A stretch of 64,000 nt of DNA from Bacteriovoracia bacterium (GTDB lineage: Bacteria; Bdellovibrionota; UBA1018; CAIPTA01): positions 198,512-262,511 of the forward strand of contig JBFWVL010000004.1 in NCBI GenBank assembly GCA_050246755.1. Direction: 5' to 3'. Each line of letters opens with the position of its first letter. The stretch's first letter is position 1. A program made the position numbers and the translations under genes. Shown piece by piece: positions 38,773-48,899 of this stretch. The notes beneath the pieces are model-generated. The model was not told the DNA's origin. It made no database searches and saw only the letters and a program-made list of their open reading frames with translations.

Positions 38773-40219
38773 CCGCTGCTTTTCCTTCCAGAACAAAATC
38801 CGCAATTGTAGGGAGCTGGGTTCCGCTCTCTTTGCTTCGCGTTACGCTTAGCTCGTTCCAGGGGCAAGGACCGCCGTGAATTTGCCAATCCTCGCGCGAT
38901 AAGGCCAAGAGCGCCTCTCCTACGCGGGAATCGACCGATTTTATATCATTTAGCCCGCAGCCCACGCCACCCAAAAACTGGGCAAGTTTTTGTTTCGCGA
39001 GAAAATCGCGGGAAGAGTCTTTGTAGAAGAACAAGTGCAGCTCCGCTTCTTTTGGCGGAGCGCTCAAAGGAGAAAAGTAAATTAGCCCAGCGTGCAGGCT
39101 AAGGGCGGCGCAGCCCAGCCATATTTGCCGGCGCGGGCGATTGGCGAGAGCCGAAGCTAAGAGCAAAGCTAAGGCAAACAGCGGGATCTCAAAATAACGC
39201 GGCGCCGGTTTCAGCATCATTAGGCCTAGCAGAACCAATCCGAACCAAAACCAATTTCTTAGGAGCGCGGGCGTTTTTTCGAGCTGCTTCCAGGCAAGCC
39301 ACGCGAATAAGGGAGGGAATAGAAATAGCATCCGCGGGTCCGCCTCCCAGCTCGCCACCCCCGTGAATAAAGCCGTCGTCCAGGTGCCTTCGGCGAAAAA
39401 AACCAAGTTCACGAAAAATACCGCGCCTAAAATCGCGGGCAGGTAGCTCCAGCGGGGAAAATAATCCAGGGCTCTCCGGGCACGAGGAAATTCCATGATC
39501 GCGATCAATGCCAAGGCAGAAATTACCAGGGCCGCCGCTTTGCCTTTTTCCGGCACCGAGAAAAAAACGCGCAGGAAAAATAATCCCAGCGCCGCGGAAG
39601 CCAGGGATATGGCCCGGCGCTCCGGGGAAGAAAACTCTCTTTTCTCCCATAGGCAAGCGGCCAAGAGAGAGAGGCCTACGGCGTAAAAAAGAATATGTCC
39701 CGTGGAACCAATCACCCAGAAGGCCGCCGCCCAGGCGACGCGCCCCCTAGCGAGCGCCGCAAATAGCAGCGCGAACAAAAATGGATGGAGCCCGTTCAGC
39801 TCGATCGCAAAGCGATGATTGAGGAGTAGTCCCGGCAAGAAGACCACCGCCAGCGGGAAAAACGCGGCCGCCCTCCTCTGCCCCATGCGAAAGAGTTCAT
39901 GGGTGAATAAAAAAATAGCTGAAAGGCTCAATGCTACCTGGCTCAGCCGGAAAACCAGTAGCGACGGCGAAAATAGCTTCATCCACAGCGCCGCCCAATA
40001 GTGCGCCCACGGTGCGGTATACGGGCTCATCGCTTGCCAGGGCCAAAATCCCGGCTCGAATCCTATGCGCCAGCTATAGTTCATGGCCCAGGCTTCATCG
40101 TAGTGAAGGCCTGGCATGGCGCTCAACCCCCGCAAATGGAAATAGAGGCAGGCCAATACGCCCAGTGCCAGGAGGCCGCGCTCAGCGTGCCGGCTGTTCA
40201 AGGAATTTTCGGTAGGCAT
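38762..40219 (-). CDS. GT-C fold membrane glycosyltransferase
   Basis: PGLHYDEAW after TM1, PRYF near the C-terminal TMs; start position uncertain (overlaps the upstream gene). Confidence 0.72.
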   Translation of the reverse strand: MPTENSLNSRHAERGLLALGVLACLYFHLRGLSAMPGLHYDEAWAMNYSWRIGFEPGFWPWQAMSPYTAPWAHYWAALWMKLFSPSLLVFRLSQVALSLSAIFLFTHELFRMGQRRAAAFFPLAVVFLPGLLLNHRFAIELNGLHPFLFALLFAALARGRVAWAAAFWVIGSTGHILFYAVGLSLLAACLWEKREFSSPERRAISLASAALGLFFLRVFFSVPEKGKAAALVISALALIAIMEFPRARRALDYFPRWSYLPAILGAVFFVNLVFFAEGTWTTALFTGVASWEADPRMLFLFPPLFAWLAWKQLEKTPALLRNWFWFGLVLLGLMMLKPAPRYFEIPLFALALLLASALANRPRRQIWLGCAALSLHAGLIYFSPLSAPPKEAELHLFFYKDSSRDFLAKQKLAQFLGGVGCGLNDIKSVDSRVGEALLALSREDWQIHGGPCPWNELSVTRSKESGTQLPTIADFVLEGKAADGT

Positions 40220-41066
40220 GGAGGGAATAGTTGGGGTGTACGCCGAGGCGGCGCTGGATTTCGTTTTCGGGTAGATCGGCGCGCAGCCAATTCGTGATGC
40301 AATAGTGGCGCAACGTTTTCGGCTTCAGCGCGCGGAAGCCCGTTTGTTTCGAAAGGTGGCGGAAAAATAATTCCACTCCTCTTGGCGTCATTTTTTCCGA
40401 TGTGATTCCGTGGCGGTTGAAGCCCGGAAAGAGATGTTTGCCGGAATTGGATTTTCTCCATTCTGTTAACTGGCCTCGGGTATCGGCCGAAATTTTTAAG
40501 GTACGTTCTTTTTTTCCGCCCTGCCCTGCCTCCACTTTATCGCCCTGGATTTGGTTCCAGCGCAGAGCGCAAACTTCGGCGAGGGTGAGGCCGGTTTCGG
40601 CGAGCAGGCGCACGAGCAGGCGATTTCTCAGGCCGAGGGGAGTTTCTCCCTTCACGTGCCCTAAGAGTTTGGAAAAATCATTTTCGGAAGGAATCCAGGG
40701 CAAGCGCTCCAGGCGTTCCGGAGTTTTTACGAACTGCACCGCAGAAGGAGCCACTTTTTTGCGACTCACTGCGTATTTCACCAGCGATTTAGCGCTCAGG
40801 ATTTTTCGGCGGCGCGTATTCATTTTTAGTCCGCGCTTCTCCATCCAGTATTCATAGGCAGCGAAGTCCTTCGCGTTCAATTGGTAGAAATCTTTTTTTC
40901 GCTCGGTAAGAAATTCCTCGAGCAGAGAAAGATCTCCTTTATAGCAAGTGACGGTAGCGAGGGATTTTCCGGTGCCGGTGAGAAAACCCACGTAGCCCTT
41001 CACGAGCTTTGCGTACGAAGGAATCACGATTGGAACTCTGCGTTCGCTCTTCTTTGCCTTCATCAA
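40182..41066 (-). CDS. XerC/XerD-like tyrosine recombinase with degenerate active site
   Basis: SAM-like N-domain (S.AT..CY..DL, T..RK..S), RLP, RNR...LL.ETGL, KER, TLRH, LG-x10-Y; RBS AGGAG. Confidence 0.85.
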   Translation of the reverse strand: MMKAKKSERRVPIVIPSYAKLVKGYVGFLTGTGKSLATVTCYKGDLSLLEEFLTERKKDFYQLNAKDFAAYEYWMEKRGLKMNTRRRKILSAKSLVKYAVSRKKVAPSAVQFVKTPERLERLPWIPSENDFSKLLGHVKGETPLGLRNRLLVRLLAETGLTLAEVCALRWNQIQGDKVEAGQGGKKERTLKISADTRGQLTEWRKSNSGKHLFPGFNRHGITSEKMTPRGVELFFRHLSKQTGFRALKPKTLRHYCITNWLRADLPENEIQRRLGVHPNYSLHAYRKFLEQPAR

Positions 41067-41144
41067 ATTCTCCTACGTTTCTAATTTGACAAGATTTTTT
41101 GCATGAAGCACAACTTAATGTACCATTAGCGGAGGAGATTCATC

Positions 41145-42293
41145 ATGCGCCAAAAATTATATTCTAAGATTATGCTCGGGCTTTGCGTGTCTGCCCTGGC
41201 CATCGTGAGCTGCACCAAAAAAGAAGAGGCCGCCAAGATTAAGCTCGGACATTTCGCCTCGCTCACGGGGGATACCGCCAACTTCGGCCAAGCCACCAAA
41301 AAAGGCGTGGATCTTGCCATGGAGCAATATAACGCGGCCGGTGGTTTGAATGGTAAGCTGGTGGAAGTAATTACCTACGACGACCAATCCAAGCCGGAAG
41401 AAGCGGCTACCACCGTAACGAAGCTAATCACCCAGGATAATGTGGTGGGCGTGCTCGGCGAAGTGGCTTCCACCCTTTCCATCTTCGCGGCCGACGTGGC
41501 TATGCGCTTCAAAACGCCGATGCTCTCCCCCTCTTCCACCAACCCGAAAGTAACGCAGAAGGGCGAATACATTTTTCGCATCTGCTTCCTCGATCCTTTT
41601 CAAGGCGAAGTGATGGCGAAATTTGCCGGCGAGAATCTTAAGGCAAAAACCGCCGCGATCCTGCGAGACGAAAAACAAGACTATTCCGTGGGTTTGGCCG
41701 ACTACTTCAAGAAAGCCTTTGAAGCCAAAGGCGGAAAAATCGTGGTGGATACCGTTTACCAAACCAAGGACACTGATTTCCGCGGCCAGCTCACCTCCAT
41801 CAAAGGAAAAGCGCCCGACGTGATCTTCGTGCCTGGTTACTATAACGAAGTAGCGCTCGTGATTAAACAGGCGCGCCAGATTGGGATCAAGCAGCCCATT
41901 CTCGGCGGAGACGGATGGGAATCTCCCGACTTAGCTAAAGTGGCGGGTAAAGCAGCGCTCGAAAATACCTATTTTTCCAACCATTATGCCCGCGACACCA
42001 AAGACGGCGCCGCCCAGGCCTTCATCGAAAGCTTTAAGAAGCGCTACGATGGAGAGATCCCCGATGCGATGGCTGCCCTCGGCTACGACGCGTTCAACGT
42101 GATGATGGATGCCGCGAAACGCGCGAAAGCCGTAACGCGGGAAGATATCCGTGCCGCGCTCGCCCAAACGAAAGATTTCGTGGGCGTTACCGGTAAGATT
42201 TCCATCAATGCTGAACGCAATGCCGTGAAATCGGCCGTGGTTCTGAAATATATCGACGGTGAACCTAAGTACTTCTCTACCGTTGAACCGTAA
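41145..42293 (+). CDS. livK: Branched-chain amino acid ABC transporter substrate-binding lipoprotein
   Basis: Lipobox IVS-C; SLTG..A.FG, DD...P, GEVAS, SSTNP, GGDGW, GYDA. Confidence 0.9.
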   Translation: MRQKLYSKIMLGLCVSALAIVSCTKKEEAAKIKLGHFASLTGDTANFGQATKKGVDLAMEQYNAAGGLNGKLVEVITYDDQSKPEEAATTVTKLITQDNVVGVLGEVASTLSIFAADVAMRFKTPMLSPSSTNPKVTQKGEYIFRICFLDPFQGEVMAKFAGENLKAKTAAILRDEKQDYSVGLADYFKKAFEAKGGKIVVDTVYQTKDTDFRGQLTSIKGKAPDVIFVPGYYNEVALVIKQARQIGIKQPILGGDGWESPDLAKVAGKAALENTYFSNHYARDTKDGAAQAFIESFKKRYDGEIPDAMAALGYDAFNVMMDAAKRAKAVTREDIRAALAQTKDFVGVTGKISINAERNAVKSAVVLKYIDGEPKYFSTVEP

Positions 42294-42304
42294 GTTGAAC
42301 TGTC

Positions 42305-43210
42305 ATGAGTGAGTTCATCCAGCACACCATCAACGGTATATCCCTCGGCGCGATCTACGCTCTGATCGCCCTGGGCTATACGATGGTGTACGGGATTCTT
42401 CAGTTCATTAACTTCGCCCACGGCGAAATTTTCATGCTCGGCGCCTATACCGGTTACTATGTGGGAAATGCACTCGGCGCCGGTCCTGACCGTCAGGGCC
42501 CCTGGATCTTCATGGTGGTGCTCGCCGCTAGTATGGCCGTAACGGCCGCGATCGGTTTTCTGGTGGAGTGGCTGGCCTACCGGCCCCTCCGCAAAGCTCC
42601 GCGGATCAACGTTCTAATCACAGCCGTGGGTGTTTCCTTATTTTTTCAATTCGGTGCGCAGATGATCTTCAAGCCGAATCCCCGGCCTTTTCCTGAGCTC
42701 ATCAATCTGGATACTTCCTATCACTTGGGCGACGTGCAGATCTCTCCGATCCAAATCGTGGTTTGCGTGGTGGCGCTGGTATTAATGTTGGCGCTGGAGT
42801 TTTTTCTTACGCGCACGAAGGCCGGTAAAGCCATGCGCGCGGTTTCCCATGATCATAAAGTGGCGATGCTTCTCGGTATCAACGTGAACTTCATCATCAG
42901 CCTCACCTTCGTGATCGGTTCCGCCTTGGCGGGAGCCGGCGGCGTGCTTGTGGGATTATCCTACCCGAAAATCGAGCCGCTCATGGGCCTCATGCCCGGC
43001 CTGAAAGCTTTCGTGGCCGCCGTGCTCGGCGGAATCGGTTCCGTGCGCGGAGCCGTGGTGGGTAGCTTGCTCATGGGCGTTTCTGAGCAGTATATCGTGG
43101 GTTATGGTTACCCCACGATGCGCGATGCCCTGGCCTTCGCGATCCTGATCGGGATCCTGATTTTCCGGCCTAAAGGAATTTTTGGAAAATCCATGGCGGA
43201 GAAAGTCTGA
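42305..43210 (+). CDS. livH: Branched-chain amino acid ABC permease
   Basis: YALIALGYTMVYG..FINFAHGE, KAFVAAVLGGIGS. Confidence 0.95.
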   Translation: MSEFIQHTINGISLGAIYALIALGYTMVYGILQFINFAHGEIFMLGAYTGYYVGNALGAGPDRQGPWIFMVVLAASMAVTAAIGFLVEWLAYRPLRKAPRINVLITAVGVSLFFQFGAQMIFKPNPRPFPELINLDTSYHLGDVQISPIQIVVCVVALVLMLALEFFLTRTKAGKAMRAVSHDHKVAMLLGINVNFIISLTFVIGSALAGAGGVLVGLSYPKIEPLMGLMPGLKAFVAAVLGGIGSVRGAVVGSLLMGVSEQYIVGYGYPTMRDALAFAILIGILIFRPKGIFGKSMAEKV

Positions 43211-44205
43211 TGATGCACCGGACTCTCCGCTCTTATCTTCCTTGGGCCTACGCGGTAGCTTGCTGCATCGGTCTGGCCGTGCTCGTCTATCCGAATATCA
43301 ATCCCTACTACCAATCGATCTTCATGATCGCTTGTATCAATATCATCTTGGCCACCAGCCTTACCCTGATCAATGGCTTTACCGGGCAGTTTAGCCTCGG
43401 CCACGCGGGCTTCATGGCCGTGGGCGGCTATACTACCGCGGCGCTCACGATCTTCGTTTTGCCCAAGCTCGGCATTGCCGCCAGCGATGGATTTTTTCAG
43501 CAGCTATTCTTCCTACTTTCCCTCATCGTGGGCGGCGCCTTCGCCGCATTTTGCGGCTACCTCGTGGGCCTGCCATCGCTCCGCCTCAAGGGCGATTATC
43601 TCGCCATCGTTACGCTCGGTTTCGGTGAGATCATCCGCGTGATGCTGCTCAATATCGAATTCCTCGGCGGGGCCCGTGGTCTTTCCGGAATCATCACCTT
43701 CACGAACCATTTTTGGCTCATCTTCCTCGCCCTCGCTTCTTCCTTCTCCGCCTTCCGCTTGCTCGGCACTCCCACTGCGCGCGCGATGTTCTCGGTGCGC
43801 GAAGACGAGATCGCCGCCGAGGCCATGGGCGTAAATACCACCGGCGTGAAGGTAAAAGCCTTCGTGGTTTCTTCCTTCTGGGCGGGAATCGCCGGCGGCC
43901 TCTACGCCCACTACTACGGTTACCTCAACCCTTCGATCTTCGGCTTCATGAAGAGCTTCGAGGTGGTGGTGATCATCGTGCTCGGCGGCCTCGGTTCGGT
44001 GAGCGGCGCGGTATTGGCTGCCGTTGGCCTAACGATTTTACCGGAAGCCCTGCGGCCTCTGCAGGAAATCACCCGCCTCGATTTCCGCATGATCCTCTAT
44101 TCCCTCATCCTGATTCTTTTCATGCTGCTCAAGCCCGACGGTTTGCTCGGCCGCCGCGAGATCGCCTACTACTGGCGCAAATATAAAAACCGGGGGAAGA
44201 AATGA
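43210..44205 (+). CDS. livM: Branched-chain amino acid ABC permease
   Basis: GQFSLGHAGF, LRLKGDYLAIVTLGFGEI, REDEIAAEAMG. Confidence 0.95.
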   Translation: MMHRTLRSYLPWAYAVACCIGLAVLVYPNINPYYQSIFMIACINIILATSLTLINGFTGQFSLGHAGFMAVGGYTTAALTIFVLPKLGIAASDGFFQQLFFLLSLIVGGAFAAFCGYLVGLPSLRLKGDYLAIVTLGFGEIIRVMLLNIEFLGGARGLSGIITFTNHFWLIFLALASSFSAFRLLGTPTARAMFSVREDEIAAEAMGVNTTGVKVKAFVVSSFWAGIAGGLYAHYYGYLNPSIFGFMKSFEVVVIIVLGGLGSVSGAVLAAVGLTILPEALRPLQEITRLDFRMILYSLILILFMLLKPDGLLGRREIAYYWRKYKNRGKK

Positions 44206-44975
44206 CCCGGCCCGTGGTTTTAGAATTAGATAACGTGAGCGTGCACTTCGGCGGGATCAAAGCCGTGCAGGAATTTTCGCTGAAATTATACGAGGGCGAG
44301 ATCCTCGCGCTGATCGGCCCCAATGGCGCCGGGAAAACCACCGCCTTCAACGTGATCACCGGCGTATACCAGCCCACCTTCGGCGAAGCCCGTGCTTTCG
44401 GCAAATCCCTCAAGGGATTGCGCACCCACAAGATCACCGGTCTCGGCCTTGCCCGCACCTTCCAGAATATTCGCCTCTTCAAGGATCTCAGCGTGCGCGA
44501 TAATATTTTGATCGCGCTCGATCGCACCACCAAGAATTCCACCCTGAAATCTCTATTGCGCTTGCCCGCTTTTTTCCAAGATGAAGATGAAAAAAACGCC
44601 AAGGTGGAGGAGCTCCTGAAGATTTTCTCCCTCGAAAATACTTCCGAGGATACCGAAGCCCGCAACCTCCCCTACGGCGTGCAGCGCCGCCTGGAGATCG
44701 CCCGCGCCATCGCCACGGGCGCCAAAGTTCTCCTCCTCGATGAGCCGGCCGCCGGCATGAACGGCCAGGAAACCGCCAAGCTCATGGAAACCATCCGCTT
44801 CGTGCGCGACCGCTTCAAAGTTTCCATTCTCCTCATCGAGCACGATATGCGCCTCGTGATGGGAATTTCCGAGCGCGTGGCCGTGCTCGAGTACGGCAAA
44901 AAAATCGCCGAAGGCAGCCCGAAAGAAATTCAGGAAGATAAGAACGTGATCCGCGCTTACTTGGGTACCGACTGA
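44202..44975 (+). CDS. livG: Branched-chain amino acid ABC ATP-binding protein
   Basis: [38 protein letters not shown]. Confidence 0.95.
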   Translation: MTRPVVLELDNVSVHFGGIKAVQEFSLKLYEGEILALIGPNGAGKTTAFNVITGVYQPTFGEARAFGKSLKGLRTHKITGLGLARTFQNIRLFKDLSVRDNILIALDRTTKNSTLKSLLRLPAFFQDEDEKNAKVEELLKIFSLENTSEDTEARNLPYGVQRRLEIARAIATGAKVLLLDEPAAGMNGQETAKLMETIRFVRDRFKVSILLIEHDMRLVMGISERVAVLEYGKKIAEGSPKEIQEDKNVIRAYLGTD

Positions 44976-45697
44976 TGAGTATGCTCGAATTCAAAAACGT
45001 ATCGCTGAACTACGGGGGCATCCAGGCTCTCCGCGATATTTCTTTCCAGATCCCCAAAGGCCAGATCGTAACCATCCTCGGCGCCAACGGCGCGGGAAAA
45101 ACCTCCTGCCTGCGCGCGATCTCCGGCCTCGTTCCCCTGCGCACCGGCGCAATTCTTTTCGAAGGCCAGAATATTTCCTCTTGGTCCCACAAGAAGCCCC
45201 ACCTTGTGGCTCGCCTCGGCATCGCGCACGCCCCCGAAGGCCGCGGGATTTTCCCCGATCTTACGATCGACGAAAATCTCGATCTCGGTGCCTGGGCCGA
45301 ATCCGATCCGAAAAAAATCGAGATCGCCCGCGAACGCGTATTTGGCTTATTCGCCCGCTTAAAAGAGCGTCGCAGCCAATTGGGCGGAACCCTCTCGGGC
45401 GGCGAGCAACAAATGCTGGCCATCGCCCGCGCCCTCATGAGCTCTCCACCGCTCCTCTTGCTCGATGAGCCCTCTCTCGGCTTGGCTCCCCAAATCATTT
45501 CCCATATTTTTAAGATTATTAAAGAAGTGAATACTCAGGGTACCACCGTGCTCTTAGTGGAGCAAAATGCACACCTTGCCCTACAAATCGCGCATACGGG
45601 CCTTGTTTTAGAGACGGGCGAGCTCACGCTCGTAGACGAAGCGCGCAATTTGTTGAATAATTCTAAAATACGCGAAGCCTATCTGGGCAACCACTAA
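44975..45697 (+). CDS. livF: Branched-chain amino acid ABC ATP-binding protein
   Basis: [37 protein letters not shown]. Confidence 0.95.
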   Translation: MSMLEFKNVSLNYGGIQALRDISFQIPKGQIVTILGANGAGKTSCLRAISGLVPLRTGAILFEGQNISSWSHKKPHLVARLGIAHAPEGRGIFPDLTIDENLDLGAWAESDPKKIEIARERVFGLFARLKERRSQLGGTLSGGEQQMLAIARALMSSPPLLLLDEPSLGLAPQIISHIFKIIKEVNTQGTTVLLVEQNAHLALQIAHTGLVLETGELTLVDEARNLLNNSKIREAYLGNH

Positions 45698-45716
45698 AGC
45701 CAACTGGAGGCCAGGA

Positions 45717-46361
45717 GTGAAGTTTTTTATCGATAGCGGGCAAACCGACGAGATCCGTTTGGCCAACGAAATGGGTATCATTGACGGGGTAACCACCAAT
45801 CCCAGTCTGGTAGCCAAATCCGGCAAAGATTTTCACACCCTCATCAAAGAAATCTGCGCCATCGTGGACGGACCGATTTCCGCCGAGGTAATCGCCCTCG
45901 ATGCTTCCGGCATGCTCAAAGAAGGCCGCGAGCTGGCGAAGATGCATAAAAATATCGTGGTGAAATTGCCGCTCACCGAAGAGGGTCTGAAGGCCACTAA
46001 GCAATTCGCCAAAGAAGGCATCCGCACCAATGTGACCCTCTGCTTCTCGTCCACCCAGGCCCTGCTCGCCGCTAAAGCCGGCGCTTCCTTTATCAGCCCC
46101 TTCATCGGCCGCCTCGACGACGCTTCTCAAGACGGCATGGTGCTTATTAAAGAAATCCGCACCATCTACGATAACTATAAATTCAAAACCGAGATCCTCG
46201 CGGCTTCCATCCGTCATCCCCTGCACGTGCGCGACGCCGCCATGATCGGCGCCGATGTGGCCACCTGCCCGCTGAAGATTTTGCAGCAACTGGTAAAACA
46301 CCCGCTCACCGATTCCGGGCTAAAACAATTTCTCAACGACTGGGAGAAGCGCAAACAATGA
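45717..46361 (+). CDS. fsa: Transaldolase / fructose-6-phosphate aldolase (TalC/Fsa family)
   Basis: [36 protein letters not shown]. Confidence 0.93.
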   Translation: MKFFIDSGQTDEIRLANEMGIIDGVTTNPSLVAKSGKDFHTLIKEICAIVDGPISAEVIALDASGMLKEGRELAKMHKNIVVKLPLTEEGLKATKQFAKEGIRTNVTLCFSSTQALLAAKAGASFISPFIGRLDDASQDGMVLIKEIRTIYDNYKFKTEILAASIRHPLHVRDAAMIGADVATCPLKILQQLVKHPLTDSGLKQFLNDWEKRKQ

Positions 46362-47458
46362 AAAAAATCGCGTCGTCGCTGGCTTTACTCGCACTACTCT
46401 ACGGCTGCTCAAGTTCCGAGGTGGCTCCGGAAACCGCGCCCCTCCCGCATCCCGACGAGGCCGCCGCCGCCATTTCTTCTCCTCCGCCCGCCGCTGACGC
46501 CGCCGTTCCTACCGACGGTCTCCTCGCGCCGGACCCCGCTGCACCAACCGCGGCCACCGCTTCCGAATCCCAGAGCGTAGATTCTCTTCTTGCCACTCCC
46601 GTAGAGGGCGGATCGGGTTCCGTGAGCGCGAATCCTTCTCCCGAATCCACGCTGAGCAGCCCGGTGGTTTCCACGCCTCCTCCGCCCGTGAGCGATCCCG
46701 TGCCCGCGCCCCGTCTTTCCATCGATCATGAAGTGGCTCCTACTCCCGTGATGCCCACCGCAAAGGCTGATCCCCGCAAACGCGATACCTATGAAGCCTA
46801 CGAGGAATACCGCCAGAAGGAAGCGAGCCGCAAACAACTCCAAGAGTCCTACGACGATCGCCAACTCTTTCCTCACGAGGGCGGCAATTGGCAGGTAGGG
46901 ATCGACTATGTGCGCAATGCCTACGACGGGAAAATCAATAATTTCCGATCCGGTGCCTTCGATGCCACCAGCCAAGGCGGCCAGCTTTCGTTCACCTACT
47001 TTCCTCTCAAGGACCTCTCCTACGGAGCCTTCGGAATCGGGCCCGTGGGTTCGGTGGTATTCACCCGCTATAAATATTCCAGCGCGACCATCCCCGGCGA
47101 ATTCGAAAGCACCAAAAAGCGCTCGATGTATTCCTACGGCGCCCGCGCGATCTACGAGTTCGATTATTGGCTCGGCCAGCTCGTGGTTCCCTTCGCCCTT
47201 TTCGATTACCAAAAAGTGAAGCTGACGAGTTTCGAGCGCACGGCCGTGAACGTGGCAGTGCCTAGCCAGAGCTTTGACTCTCAGTGTTATGGGGCTGGTG
47301 CTCACCTAAACTTGAATCGCCTCGAAGGCGCATCCGCGAGTCGGGGCTTGGCGAACTTAGGTATCCGCAAAACCTATCTTACCTATACGTTCGTGAATGA
47401 ATTGCAGTCCTCCGGCGGATCCGGAACCCACGCTTTGGGCTTGAGATTCGAATACTAG
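46358..47458 (+). CDS. Lipoprotein with Pro/Ser-rich linker and C-terminal beta-barrel-like domain
   Basis: Lipobox LYG-C; amphipathic strands; C-terminal LGLRFEY. Confidence 0.7.
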   Translation: MKKIASSLALLALLYGCSSSEVAPETAPLPHPDEAAAAISSPPPAADAAVPTDGLLAPDPAAPTAATASESQSVDSLLATPVEGGSGSVSANPSPESTLSSPVVSTPPPPVSDPVPAPRLSIDHEVAPTPVMPTAKADPRKRDTYEAYEEYRQKEASRKQLQESYDDRQLFPHEGGNWQVGIDYVRNAYDGKINNFRSGAFDATSQGGQLSFTYFPLKDLSYGAFGIGPVGSVVFTRYKYSSATIPGEFESTKKRSMYSYGARAIYEFDYWLGQLVVPFALFDYQKVKLTSFERTAVNVAVPSQSFDSQCYGAGAHLNLNRLEGASASRGLANLGIRKTYLTYTFVNELQSSGGSGTHALGLRFEY

Positions 47459-47489
47459 GATGCTAATTTTTCGGCTCTGTTAGCCCTGT

Positions 47490-47572
47490 GCCCAGGTGGT
47501 GAAATTGGTAGACACACTATCTTGAGGGGGTAGCGCGCAAGCATGCTGGTTCGAGTCCAGTCCTGGGCACCA
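47490..47572 (+). tRNA. tRNA-Leu (GAG)
   Basis: Acceptor GCCCAGG/CCTGGGC plus ACCA, D-loop TGGTAGAC, anticodon arm CTATC-TT-GAG-GG-GGTAG, long variable arm, T-loop GGTTCGAGTCC. Confidence 0.97.
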
Positions 47573-47575
47573 TTA

Positions 47576-47613
47576 ATTAAAAAGCTCTGAGCGAAAGCTC
47601 GGGGCTTTTTAAT
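47576..47613. terminator. Intrinsic terminator after tRNA-Leu (bidirectional)
   Basis: AAAAAGCTCTGAGC-GAAA-GCTCGGGGCTTTTT. Confidence 0.88.
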
Positions 47614-47621
47614 TTGTGATC

Positions 47622-48326
47622 TCAGAGAAAGGGCGAGCTCCCGCTATTTCGGCTAAGCGACGCGAGCCGCCTCCGCTTCCAATATCCCGTAAAGGTTGCC
47701 AAACAAATTCCAGCAAATGGTCCTGCGACACCACATACGAGGATGGCCACAAATCGTTCCGTGCTTCTACTTGTGGTGGTCGCAACGTAGAAGCATGCTA
47801 TTGCCGCTGAGAAAACGTAGGTGGATAGCAAGGCTGTGAGAGCCGCCGCTCGTGCCTCTCGTCCTTGTTTAATAACAGCTGCGACGCCGAGAAAGATAAA
47901 CATTATCGCCATCAAAAAAGGAGCAAACATGATTCCCGTAGCCCCTGCAAGAACAACGGCTAAAGGCGAGCACGCCAATGGAATAAAAGAAACCAGATTA
48001 GGTTTTCCTTCAAAAAATTTAGCGGTTCGCTTCCGAAGCAGCGGGGCTAGATAAAACCACTGGAAATAGGAGGTCAACATGAGAGGCAAAAGCACCAACG
48101 CCATTTCGACGCCTGAATTCTGAGATGATAAAAAATGGCCAATAAAGCCGGCCGTTGAGAAAAGTACAAGCGCTCCTAGGGGCATTCCCCAGGTATAAGC
48201 AAAAAGCTGAGTCCAAAACCCAGTTCCCATTCCAGTTTTCTCATAAAGAGCGCAAAGCAGCAGCCATCCCGCGCAGGTGATGAAGAGTGTCTTCCATACC
48301 GAAAAGAATGCAAAACTTAATTTCAT
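47622..48326 (-). CDS. Hypothetical polytopic membrane protein
   Basis: 234-aa hydrophobic ORF with 6-7 TM segments; no family recognised. Confidence 0.6.
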   Translation of the reverse strand: MKLSFAFFSVWKTLFITCAGWLLLCALYEKTGMGTGFWTQLFAYTWGMPLGALVLFSTAGFIGHFLSSQNSGVEMALVLLPLMLTSYFQWFYLAPLLRKRTAKFFEGKPNLVSFIPLACSPLAVVLAGATGIMFAPFLMAIMFIFLGVAAVIKQGREARAAALTALLSTYVFSAAIACFYVATTTSRSTERFVAILVCGVAGPFAGICLATFTGYWKRRRLASLSRNSGSSPFL

Positions 48327-48899
48327 ATAGATAGATGTTAAGGTTTAGTGAAATAGAACGCAAACCCTGACTCAGGCTCAGATGACCATCCCCCTTTTTT
48401 TCCTGGCCACTTATAAGAGCTAAAATTGAGATGTATGAATAAAAAATCTGGGCTTTTTCACCAACGTTTCCGTACCTGAGCGCGGGTATCACATTTCGAA
48501 AGCGCACACTCTATTTTCGTTTGGAGATATCGCTTCATTTACTTTCTTTGGAGTGAATGGGCGATGGACCGATGAACTAGCTGCGCTGATCTCTTTATTT
48601 TCGGTGGAGCTTGGCGCGCTAAGGCCATTCATGTTTTACGCTTACTTCTCTATTGCCTCATCTATTTTCAATTCAAAATTTGGGAGCGGTAATGCCAGCT
48701 TATTTTTCTTCTGTGGGTCTGCCTTTTGGTGGGTGTCGATGAGGGTGTTTCCGTTTTGACTTGAGCAAAATGGATTCCGAAGAGCATGGCCGGGACGATG
48801 GTCGTAATCTGGGCACCGATAACGGGCTGCGGTTTTTGAGCCGCTTCATGCAGTTTTATTTTGCGGTCGTTTAGCTTAAACCCTACAATTCAAGCACCT

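Noticed and set aside
48809-48817. CTGGGCACC matching the tRNA-Leu 3' end as a possible attR
   Set aside because: Only 9 bp, compatible with chance; no integrase nearby
48327-48899. Short ORFs in the post-tRNA gap (48553-48759 plus strand; 47-49 aa minus-strand ORFs)
   Set aside because: No recognisable motifs, convincing RBS or coding-like composition; left unannotated
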